Positions 13,401-24,314 of a stretch of 64,000 nucleotides of DNA are shown here, in pieces. The notes under the pieces are model-generated. The model was not told where the DNA came from and searched no databases. It saw only the letters and a list, made by a program, of their open reading frames with translations. Origin of the DNA: Anthoceros angustus (taxonomy: Eukaryota > Plantae > Anthocerotophyta). The DNA is taken from assembly GCA_010909165.1 (NCBI GenBank), contig VJWM01000126.1, positions 682,001 through 746,000 on the forward strand, written 5' to 3'. How positions within the stretch are numbered: position 1 is the stretch's first letter; the number at the start of each line of letters is the position of its first letter. The position numbers and the translations under genes were made by a program.

Positions 13401-14268
13401 TGAACAGCGCTCAGAACTGCGCGGTTCTGACGATTTTCTATGTAGCGATGATCGTATTCAGTGAATGGACGATAACACTATGGATACATCTATCCACATG
13501 TTAGCGAGATTCCAAATCACTTCCGTCCCGCTGTTGCCAAAGTGCACTCCGCATGTTGCTACAAGGAAATTGGAAGGTTAGACATTCACCTATCCTGCAT
13601 CACCTCTTCCAAGGACCTGGAGCAGAGAAATAACGTTCTAAGAATACTACATTTCGAGGCCGGTGGAATCTGAAAACATGGGACACTCAACTTTATTCTC
13701 GGCATCATTGAATACAAGGCCAAGTTGGCAAAGTTTCTGCTCCGAACAAGGAATTTCCCACAAAATCACATCGAAGAATTTCCCACGAAATCACATAGAT
13801 GAAAAGCTGAATTTGAAGGAATGGCTGGTGGCCATGCCTAATAAGAGAGACGACCTGCTGACCAGACCTGGCAGCAAGTGCAGCAGTTCAGAGTCTCTGT
13901 TATTGCTACAGCATTGCAGATGCTTCGGCTTTACGCACATCTCCCTTCTCTTACGCGACTTAATTAGCCACCAGTGGAGTGATGGAACTGCACTACCTTA
14001 CTTACAACTGCCTGTAGCTGGAATGCAGCTGCTGCAAGATAACAGACAGCTGAACTTTTCGCAATCTGCAAGGACATGCGTAGGTACTCGTCAAGCACTT
14101 ACACGAACATCGAAATCCATTGAAACAGTCGATGCCATTCAAACAGACAGAAACAAGCTGCACAGACTGCACTAGCTCACAACCAGACCGAGAGATGGGG
14201 ATATGGCATGACATTATTCAGCACGGCACACTTACTTCGGCAATTTATTGAGCTGAGGCCATCAGAGC

Positions 14269-16009
14269 TCAGTAAGTCTTGGGAGGAGGGGCTCCGTAGC
14301 TAGGCTTCCCGGGCTTCGGTGCCGGCGTCCACGGCTTCGGTGAAGGCTTGTGGTGATGGTGGGGAGGAGGCTTGTGCTCATGATGAGGAGGAGGTGGCGA
14401 TGTGTAGTGGTAGGGAGATGGTGGGGGTGGGCTAGGAGGAGGGGGTGAAGGTGGAGGTGGAGGTGGGGACTGGTAAACGTAGGGTGGAGGACTGGGAGGA
14501 GGAGGAGACGGGGAAGGTGGCGGTGGGGACTTGTAGTGGTAAGGTGGAGGACTGGGAGGAGGAGGAGATGGGGAAGGTGGCGGTGGGGACGAGTAGTGGT
14601 AGGGTGGGGGACTGGGAGGAGGAGGAGACGGGGATGGGGAGGTGGGGACTGGTAGTGGTAGGGTGGGGACTGGGAGGAGGAGGAGATGGTGATGGCGGAG
14701 GTGGGGACTGGTAGTGGTAGGGTGGGGACTGGGAGGAGGAGGAGATGGTGATGGCGGAGGTGGGGACTTGTAGTGGTAGGGTGGGGACTGGGAGGAGGAG
14801 GAGATGGGGATGGCGGAGGTGGGGACTTGTAGTGGTAGGGTGGGGACTGGGAGGAGGAGGAGATGGGGATGGCGGAGGTGGGGACTTGTAGTGGTAGGGT
14901 GGAGGACTAGGAGGAGGAGGAGGAGATGGGGATGGCGGAGGTGGGGACGTGTAGTGGTAGGGTGGAGGACTGGGAGGAGGAGGAGATGGTGATGGCGGAG
15001 GTGGGGAATTGTACTGGTAGGGCGGGGGTGGTGCTTCTTAGGAGGGAGGTGGGGACTTGGTAGTGGTAGGGCGGGGGTAGTGCTTCTTAGGAGGGGAGGT
15101 GGGGACTTGTACTGGTAGGGTGGAGGAGGAGAAGGGATGGTGGAGGTGGGGACGTGTAGTGGTACGGCGGGGATGGTGCTTCTTAGGAGGGAGGTGGGGA
15201 TCAGTAGTGGTAAGGCGGGGAGTGGTGCTTCCTGTGGGGAGGTGGGATTGGTAGTGGTAAGGTGGGGAGGTGCTTCTTGGGAGGGGAGGTGGGGACTGGT
15301 AGTGGTAAGGCGGGGAGTGGTGCTTCTTGGGAGGGGAGGTGGGGACTGGTAGTGGTAAGGCGGGGAGTGGTGCTTCTTGGTAGGGGGATTGGTAGTGGTA
15401 AGGCGGGGAGTGGTGCTTCTTGGGAGGAGGAGGAGAGTGGTAGTGGTAGACCTTGGGAGGAGGAGGAGATTTGTGGTGCTGCTTCTTGGGAGGAGGGGGT
15501 GAGTTATAATGGTAAACCTTGGGAGGAGGAGGAGATTTGTGGTGCTGCTTCTTGGGAGGAGGGGGTGAGTTATAATGGTAAACCTTGGGAGGAGGAGGGG
15601 ACTTGGGATGGGTAGGAGGCTTGTGGTAAGGAGGGGAGCCGTGGTGAGTAGGAGGCTTGTGGTAAGGAGGGAAGCCGTGGTGAGTAGGAGGCTTGTGGTG
15701 AGGAGGAGGCTTGTGGTGAGGAGGAGGCTTGTGATGAGTAGGAGGCTTATGGTAAGGAGGAGGCTTGTGAACTGGAGGAGGCTTGTGAACTGGAGGAGGC
15801 TTGGGGTGATGCTCCTTCGGGGGATGATGGTAAATACGCGGCGGCAGCACTGGGTGGTGAGGCTTCGGAACTGGAGGTGCCTTGGGCTTAGGAGTCCCCG
15901 GGTACGTGTACTTGTACCCGTCGGCAGCAGCAGTGTCGATGAGAGCAGCACCCGCCACCAGGAGCAACAGCAGCCCCTGGAGCAGCAGCGGAATCTTGAG
16001 CGACGCCAT
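14269..16009 (-). CDS. Extensin (Ser-Pro4 hydroxyproline-rich cell-wall glycoprotein); apparent frameshifts within the repeat
   Basis: Signal peptide MASLKIPLLLQGLLLLLVAGAALIDTAAADG, His/Lys-rich PPxHK repeats, then SPPPPKVYHYNSPPPP, KKHHSPPYHYQSPPPP and SPPPPSPPPYHYKSPPPP repeats (YxY cross-link motifs), ending GAPPPKTY*. Frames shift in G-runs at ~14600-15400. Confidence 0.92.
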
Positions 16010-17439
16010 CGTCGCCCGCTGGGGAAAGCTCTCTGCACAGTCACAGACACACACACATTGCAAAGAAACATCAGTCTACATGAAACGAAACAATGGGCAC
16101 GCACGTACAAAATCCAAATCCCCGCAGCCAGCTGCTACTGCACAATGCACATTCCCAAGCTGGTGGAGCACAAATCAGAACTGCTGTACAGAAGTGCGTA
16201 GCTTCAATCAGCATTGCGACTCCTGCAGACCGCAAGTCCGACAAGCTGTCCACTCGGCGATGCAATGCAATTCTATAACAACGCACTGCAACACTGTAAC
16301 AATGCAATGCAGATCGCTAGTGCAGTTCTCCCCTACATCCTGGACCCCTGAGACACGTGACGAGAGATCAATCGCTCGAGCGCCATGACCCACTGGACAC
16401 GAATTCGTACCACCCATCTACGACTTACGACTGAACTCCATCACCCACATTGTGAAACACACAGAATGCGAGCCCTTCACAGCCCGACTCAAGCGCCCAC
16501 AAGGAGACAGCAATTCACGACCCGGAATGCGAGCGTCTCACAGCTCAACTCTAGCGCCCACAAGGACGCAGCAATTCACGACCAAGAATGCGAGGCAGAG
16601 AGACGAAATCCCACAGCAGATGACTTGCCTGCGATCAGGCGCCCAGGCGCCGAACGGCTGGGAAGGCGGCCCCCTCCTCCTGTTCTGAGTCCCGACTCCC
16701 AGTCCCCTGCGGAAGAGGATCGACTGAGGATGGAGAAGCACGGCAGACAGCGGGACTTAAATACCCGAGGAGGTCGGGTGTGCCAGCAGCGCCTGGCCCG
16801 GTCCTTTCATCTCTGCGGCATTACCTGGTGATTGCGCATGATGTACATGTGACGAAATTGTTGGTTTGTGAGTCTCTAATGGCACATCACAGCCGGCTCC
16901 CACTTCCCGCACAGTACACAGACGACATAGACTAGATACTCGCAGTAAGGTTTCTGAAGCATGTCAGAGTCGGCAGTGCAGCAGCAGCCCCCTAACTCCT
17001 CCACTAATTAAACATCGTCGTTCCTTCACTCTGACACAATTTCGCAATCAAGCAAACGGCTCCCGGGTCACCCGTGATTTCCCGGCACTGGGATCAAAGA
17101 AGAAAGTCCGGGTGACAGGCGTGTTCGGGGTTGGTAAAAGCCGTGTGACAGGTAATAGACAGACAGGCAAGCAGACAGTCGTCATGGCTTGATGGAACGG
17201 AATGCAATGGCCCACTCGGATTGCCTTGACTCCGTCTCGTCTCTTCACATGCCAGACACAGATTCCCCGGATGCCAGTCGGCCTCCTGGACTGGTGTGCA
17301 TGGTGGGCCGTTGTCCGTCCCGCTGCCCAACAATCCTAGACCCAGTAAACTCCATTCAATTTTCATGGCCACCAAGCAGACGTGACCCTACTGCAACCCC
17401 TCCGTTGGTTCACGTAGCATGCTTTCAATCGACGCAGCC

Positions 17440-20400
17440 CATGTTTGCTTGAAACCGGGATGAAGAAACCAAGCATTCCATTTTCAATTCACGGTCGTAG
17501 GACTGAATCGAGAGTCCCACTCGCAGGAGTTGAACGAAGGAACAAACTGGAACAAACTTGACTGCTCATGTAGTATAAGGTTTTCGAGACTGATAGTTTA
17601 TTGAAAATAAAGAGATAAAAGATTAAATCATTCACTGTATAATTTTTTGATGAAAAACATAGAAAATCATGGCTATATATCTATTGGGCTATAATGACAT
17701 ACCGGGGAGATGAAGAGATACCATAAAACCTATGTATGTTCTTTAACACATACCACTCTAATACCATAGGTACGTGGAAACTTTATAAAACAGGTCTTTT
17801 TGGCCCCGGCCAAAAAGACCTAGATGTGAATGAAGTGGTTGGACAAGCATTATGTAGATTCTATATAAGAAAAAAATAAATTATATTTAATTATTTGATA
17901 AGACTATTAAATTCCATTTGAGTAACTCGTGGCTGGCGGAGGATGTGATCCCTTTTCCGAAACTCGGACGAGGGGATGCGGCGATTGCAATGAGGTCGAA
18001 GTCCCGGTTCTTCCCGGTTTTCGTGCGCGCCTCGCCGGCCGGCAAAGTGCGGACCCGACGCCGGGCAATGGAGGCTGCCGGTGCACCGCGTATGTGCATA
18101 TCCAGTCGCAGCACGCGGCGGACTGCGCAGTTTTGGGTTTGGACCGGATTGTGGGATTGTTGGTTTGTGATTGTGATTGTGAAATAGAATATACCGGTGA
18201 AGTGGCATTGGATGGTTCAATGCGGACGGCAAGCTCCTCTTTTGATCGCGAGAGGAGACCGGACCGTATGCGGAGATTTATTTGTTCAATGTTGCTGGCG
18301 TCAGGCCACTAGGGACCCAGCGGATGGCTTCGACCACAGCGTACTGCTTTGCTTCTTTTCTTGCTGTGCCTTTGCCTCTGTGCAGAGAACTTTATACATC
18401 AGGCGATCGCCGTATGGAAAAGCAGTGTGGTGTAGTATGTACAGCGTTACCTACCCGCCCGCGTGGGCTGCTTGTGCGGCTTCTGGGAATCGGAGACACT
18501 GGAGGCCAGGGAGGAGGCCGCGGTCCAACACGCCCACGTGTGAGGAAGGGGCCCCCCGCTGAGGAATGCATCCCCCCTGGTCGGCTCGTCCCCGAGTGTG
18601 CCCTGGGACGGGAAGGAAAGGTAGGCCAAGTTGGCCGGCACCGGACTGGGCGTCGTGTACGTATAGGGTATCACATATTCGCCAGTTACCGGAGCCTGTG
18701 TAGGTTAATGGGAAGGGGTTTGGAATTATTCCGGCCGCGCTCACACGGGACGTGGAGGAGCCGGTTTTTCATTCCGGTGCACGAACCCGGCTTTGCGAGG
18801 GCCAGCGGCCGCGTGCGGCGATGGGAGCGGCGCATGCAGCATATGCGGCAGGGTACGGGATGATCTTTCCTGGTGCGCGTGGAGGATGCAACTGGGAGCG
18901 GTGCAGCAAGTGCTTCCTGCAAGCTGTAACAGACGAGACGGCGACGGCGTCAGAGGAGGGAGCGCTGGATTACAGGATGGCATCGTTTTATTACGGCCGG
19001 ACTGCGGCGAGCCAGCTGTTCGGCAGCTGTGGAAGGCAGGGAGGTGCGGGGAAGGGTTCACGTGAGGTTTCTTGTGGTTTAGGGTCAAGAAGCAAGGGCT
19101 TGCTTGACTTGGGAGGACTTGTGGCCTCGGACGGCGTATCAGGAGGCGAGAAGCCGTGAGGACGATAAGGAAGGTGCTTTGGCAGGTTTGTCTTGGATGG
19201 TTCCTGTGCAGATCGGTTATTACGTATGGTAGATTATGTGATGTGCGAACATATGTAGACTAGTGTGCGGTGCGCACAGATCTGTGAAGATCGGATGATG
19301 CTGCTGATGGCAAGGCTGCGAGAATCGATGGCGGACCCCTGTGTCAGACGCCTGCAGGTGGTGACGGTGCTCAAGGTCCTGCCATGGCCACACATGTCAC
19401 GGTTCTGCGGACGAAGGACGGCCTGCCACACCACACCGGAGAATGATAGGAAGCATGACGCCGACGGCGGCCTCCGACTGCGACAAAATTGCTTCGCACA
19501 TCGCGCTTGCATTCCGTTTCTGGCAGCGTCTGTCGTTGTTGCGCGTAGGTTTGTGTTTGCAGTGGGGCAGCTGGGAGAGCAGTGCTCCGAACCCTCCCGT
19601 TGTTACTTGCTTGTCGTTTTATGGCAAAAGTGTTCCCGGCGTCCTTGTCCATGGACCGGGCGATGTGGCTGCTAAACGGATCGATGTCAGACAGGAGTCG
19701 TTTACGAATATTATTTGTGGAAGAAGGAGGGTTTTTTAATTTTAGCGGCTTGAGTTTGTGGTTGAGCGTGGTGGCGGCCATATGGGCGTGGGCTTCTCCA
19801 CAGGTGCGCAAGTGCGTCCCCATGGTGGAACGGACCTGCGACTCGCATGGACCCGCTTGACGCGCTGCCTGTGGGTCTTGCTTTCCCAGCCTGCTTGTCG
19901 TGAAGGTGAAGGAGACATAATGGTTGAGAGCCATTTTTGGGAGATTGTACCATCGTAGGAGGATGGAAGCCAAGTTCTGCCAGATAAAAGAGTAAGGGTG
20001 CCAGAGCTATGCATGGAAGACGAGCATACATTGGATGAGCTAGAGCTGTGGTGGTGGTTGTCATTGGGAGGTGAAAGTGTCCAGCAAAAGTATGATTTTT
20101 CTCCCAGGTTCAATGACTGCGTGTTCCCGCCGGGTGGCATTTCTCGGTAGGACGCATATCCAGCGTCGCTTTTCACCCATTTCCGCTGAGAAAGAAATGC
20201 TTGCAAAACTCTGCCACACGCACATGGATCTTGAAATGTGTGCCAATGGTGGTAACCTTTTCAACTTCGTATCAACCCTGAACTGTACAACGCTGCGTGC
20301 GTTCGTACCCAATGCAGCAAGCGGAGGGACTGGTGCCAGCCAACATGCATCTACGGGAGATATCATTCCCACCTTACCTGGAGAAAGTGCAAAAGCAGTC

Positions 20401-20560
20401 ACTACTTGGGAGATATTTACACATCGTAACCAGACATTCACTACTTGGAAGATATTTACACATCGTAACCAGACATTGTCTCTGCAATTGAACTTCTTAA
20501 GACTGGGCAGAATTGACATTTCTCCGAGCAGAAGTTGCATCACGAAAGAATGACACGGCG
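17440..20560. repeat. Segmental duplicate of ~36440-39035, including a copy of the last exon of the RING E3 gene
   Basis: 17450-17600 ~ 36445-36600; 18700-18970 ~ 38050-38310; 19740-20560 ~ 38360-39035. Minus strand 20455-20535 reads FCSEKCQFCPVLRSSIAETMSGYDV*, versus FCSEKCKFCPVCRSSIAERMSVYDV* in the intact gene. Confidence 0.8.
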
Positions 20561-20849
20561 TTATCAATTGACTCGAAGAAAAATATTTTTATGATTCAAT
20601 GAAATAATTTTTATGATTATAATTAGATTTTAAGGTGATAAGATGAGATTTAAGACTTGATGGTCTGTATATCAAGGAAGATAGCACCAGCTTATAATGT
20701 CCCTACTTACAAGCAAGTTGCTTTCCTCTTATATTCCTCCCATTCTAAGGTCTTATTTTTTGGGCATCTAGTTTCAAATTGTTTGATTACTGCAAGGATG
20801 TCAAAACACATAAGTCTTGTCTTGTAGCTCGGCAAGAGGACTAGAGTGG

Positions 20850-21480
20850 AACTTATGGAGAATGTTGAGAATAGTGAAGATTCAAATAATGACGATGTAG
20901 AGGAAGACACAACACAACTATCGAAGGATTGGAAGGAGGCTTATTGTGAAAAGTATCGTTGGATACATTACAACATTTATACCCAGAAAGTCTAGTGCAA
21001 GACTTGCAAGGAACATGGTAGATAAAGGTGAAGTACAGGGTGCAGGCTTATTGTGAAAAGTATCGTTGGATACATTACAACATTTATACCCAGAAAGTCT
21101 AGTGCAAGACTTGCAAGGAACATGGTAGAAAAAGGTGAAGTACAGGGTGCAGGTTTATTGTGAAAAGTATCGTTGGATACATTACAACATTTATACCCAG
21201 AAAGTCTAGTGCAAGACTTGCAAGGAACATGGTAGAAAAAGGTGAAGTACATGGTGCAGAGGCACAACAAATATCAAGTCTACCGCTATGTACATGCACG
21301 ACTTCAGTGCAATCCATAACCAATCAACTAGAAGTTTGGGCTCCAAGATTTACGAAAGTGGTATAAAATACACTTGAGTGTAATTCTATTGGGCTTCTTC
21401 ATCTTTTTCAAGCAGTATATTTTGTGGGCAGGAATAATATCCCCTTTGCGCAACATGAAAATGTCATCGATCTACTAGAA
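20850..21480 (+). mobile_element. hAT-superfamily transposase fragment (TTF-type zinc finger, ZNF862-like)
   Basis: WKEAYCEKYRWIHYN..V*CKTCKEHG..GTTNIKSTAM..H and LFQAVYFVGRNNIPFAQHENVIDLL; contains stops. Confidence 0.65.
20938..21260 (+). repeat. Tandem repeat, 107 bp x 3
   Basis: ttattgtgaaaagtatcgttggatacattacaac... starts at 20941, 21048 and 21155. Confidence 0.95.
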
Positions 21481-21979
21481 AACAGTGGAGAGCAGTACAT
21501 CCCATCTCAATGCCATGATAACAAAGCTTGTGCTGATTGATAACATGCATATATATGTTCTGTCATTTGCAAAGACCTGGCAAAGCGGATAATACAAAGT
21601 CATGTATTGGGTTCGATTATTGATGAATGAACTGATATAACCATTGAAAAACACCTTGTCCTCTTCCTTTCTTTTTTTAGAAAAAAATCCTTTTTGGATG
21701 TTCAACATGAATTGAAAGAAAGCACCCACGACATGCTCTACCCCACAAGCGTTGAAACCATCTGTGTATACACTATCTTCCATCATTGTTCCGTAACCTA
21801 GCTACATATATCAATCCTCCCTGGCTCTCACTATCCTTTTACTGCTCAGACACACTTTACAATTTAATTCAATGTGTTTCTTTTCAATCTAGGTCTAAAT
21901 ACCGAAGTTTGTGGGGACATTCTGCTGACCTTGTTGCCGACTAAGAGTAGTAGTGTGATACATGGTTCATATACATTTT

Positions 21980-22360
21980 TTTGCGAAAAACAAGCAATGG
22001 ATTGTTGCAAAAAGGAAATTTTAGTAGATGTTAGAAAAGATAATCAAGTGTATGCAAATAAAGTATATTGAAGGGTTTGAATATGTACATATTATGAAAT
22101 TTTATAAATATATTATGAACAAACCAAAATTTGTTTGTGAAGTTTGTAATCGTTTGCATTTTATTCCAATACTGGTCGTTTTATCTTCATGCAAGCTAAA
22201 TGCAGCTAGAACTGATAAAACTTATCTCTCGAAAATAAATTCCAAGATAAATAATGAGTCTAGAGCTTAGCTTGGCTATAGCTTATACACAATAAAGAGA
22301 TTATACATTTAAGCATTCTACTCCTTGCCATGGATTGGACTTCCCTATCCTTGCTTAAAA
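21980..22360 (+). mobile_element. Helitron-like remnant (N-terminal Cys-rich region of Rep/helicase)
   Basis: KFYKYIMNKPKFVCEVCNRLHF followed by a degenerate ..HGLDFP in AT-rich DNA; resembles the Helitron P.YVC..C.R..F ... NG..FP region. Confidence 0.4.
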
Positions 22361-24314
22361 GATGGAAAGCAACAACTAAAAATCTTAAGAAGTTAGCAAA
22401 CTTCTTAACAAATCTGTAGAAGTTAATATACGTTTTTTAAAAACCTTGGAGAAGGCTTGGGAGCCACAAGAAGTTATGAAACTTCAAGCTTAGAAACCAT
22501 TGATGCAAAACTTTAAGATGAAAATAGAAACTTGAAGTTTTAGTTTGGAAAAATCTGGACCATTGTAGTAGATATATCCCAAAGTTCTCGTAAACGCCTT
22601 CCTCACATCAAGTAAACAAAATCCCCAAGAAGTCTATTGAAAGTCTTAAGAAGTTGACAAACTTCGTAATAAGTCTCCCTAAACTCAAAACTTACACAAA
22701 TGAACACTTTTGTTGGAGTGCAAAGTAATGACAAGTACGTTTGCATAGATCATGACGTATCACCTTTTGTACTAGATTGGATCAATCGATTTGCACTAAC
22801 CTAGCCACCAAGTTGTCGTTAATGCATTGAAACACTTGCACACATGCTAGAGAATTTGCTCATAATTGAGTCGCGATACACCTAAAGTATTTCATTTCCA
22901 TTAACTTCTAAAATCTCCCTGGGGGCTAGTCCTAGGCCTAGGGCCCTTTAGAGGGTTGTTCCCCATTGCCCTGGAGTAGATGGGACTTCCCAGCTACATA
23001 TTGATTAAGAAAGGGTGTCAAGTAAGAAGACACTTTTGTTTTAGTTGTAAAATAAATTATTAAAAATATTGAGAGATATAAAAAATACATAAAATATGTT
23101 CTGAATAATCATTTGAAGTTCTTGTAAATAGCATATAAAGTAAATATATTAAAAATTTTAATATGGAAGAAAAAAGTATAATACTAAGATTATTGGGATA
23201 TTGCGATTTGTATTCTGTAAAAATTATATTTGTGAAAAAATAGATGATTAAAAGAGGTTTAAAAATAATGCGTTTAGGACATAATCTTGGCAGCATTTCT
23301 ACTTTTTGAAGAACAAATAACAATTACGGTTGAGGGTGAGCTTTGTACTCTAATAAAAAGAGGAAAAAAATCAACATTTGAGGCGAGGCTTCTATTGTGG
23401 TTTAACAAAAAATGAATAAAGAGCCTTCAGAACATAACCTCCTCTACAGGGCTCCTGAAAAGGCATGTGGATTCACCTAATCCCTTACTCCCTATTCCCT
23501 GTCATTATCAAATGAAGATACATACTTTGATTTACTTCTTAATTACATGTTGTACATTCGGAAGAATACATTCTTTCCGTTCTAGAGCTTCTTCTGATGT
23601 AATTGTTGGTATGGCTTTGCCTCCAGAGCCTTCTGCCCTCAGGTAGAGGACGAAGTCATGTCACGGAAACTTGGTAGCCAGATTATCAACCAACTTCGTC
23701 TCGGAAACTTGGTAGCAAGATTATCAACCGGACTCCCTTTCCAAAGTTCTCGTGAACTTCAACGCTTTACATTCATTCGAGATTTTCTTCTAATTTCATG
23801 TAAAGTATGATCTTTTGGCAAGAGTTTGCTAACTTCTCACAATCGAAACGCTTGTGAATTGCTACGTTTTAAGATGGGCAATTTGAAACCTACTGATGCT
23901 CAGGGCATAAACTTGCCCTCGTGGGGCTACTTGTTTTATTTGATTTTACTTTATTTGATTCTACTTTACTTTATTTTGGCAAACCATGATCTCACGTCTA
24001 AACGATCATTACCGGGGTGGAGGAGGTGATCGGATTTGCCCCGCCTTGCGACACACCCACCGACGAAGGCCCATAGCCTTGCCCACCGTTGAACCTCAAA
24101 TTCTGGATCAATTCGGAGTAAATCCTCGTTTTCCGCTCGTTTTTGGTACAGTTTTGGGACTTGTCACAAGTTGCTAGTTGGAAAGCAGAGCTAAGATGGA
24201 GAACCGTTGTCCGGGATCGGGGGAGTGGGGTCACTGGTGTGGTCATACGCATGTCTACCTGGGCATCCTGTCATAGACTGGTGCTAGACATCTTCCGACA
24301 GCGGTCCTTGAACC

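Noticed and set aside
20938-21260. CRISPR-like array (also the 35-bp and 39-bp repeats)
   Set aside because: These are head-to-tail tandem repeats without unique spacers, in eukaryotic DNA with no cas genes.
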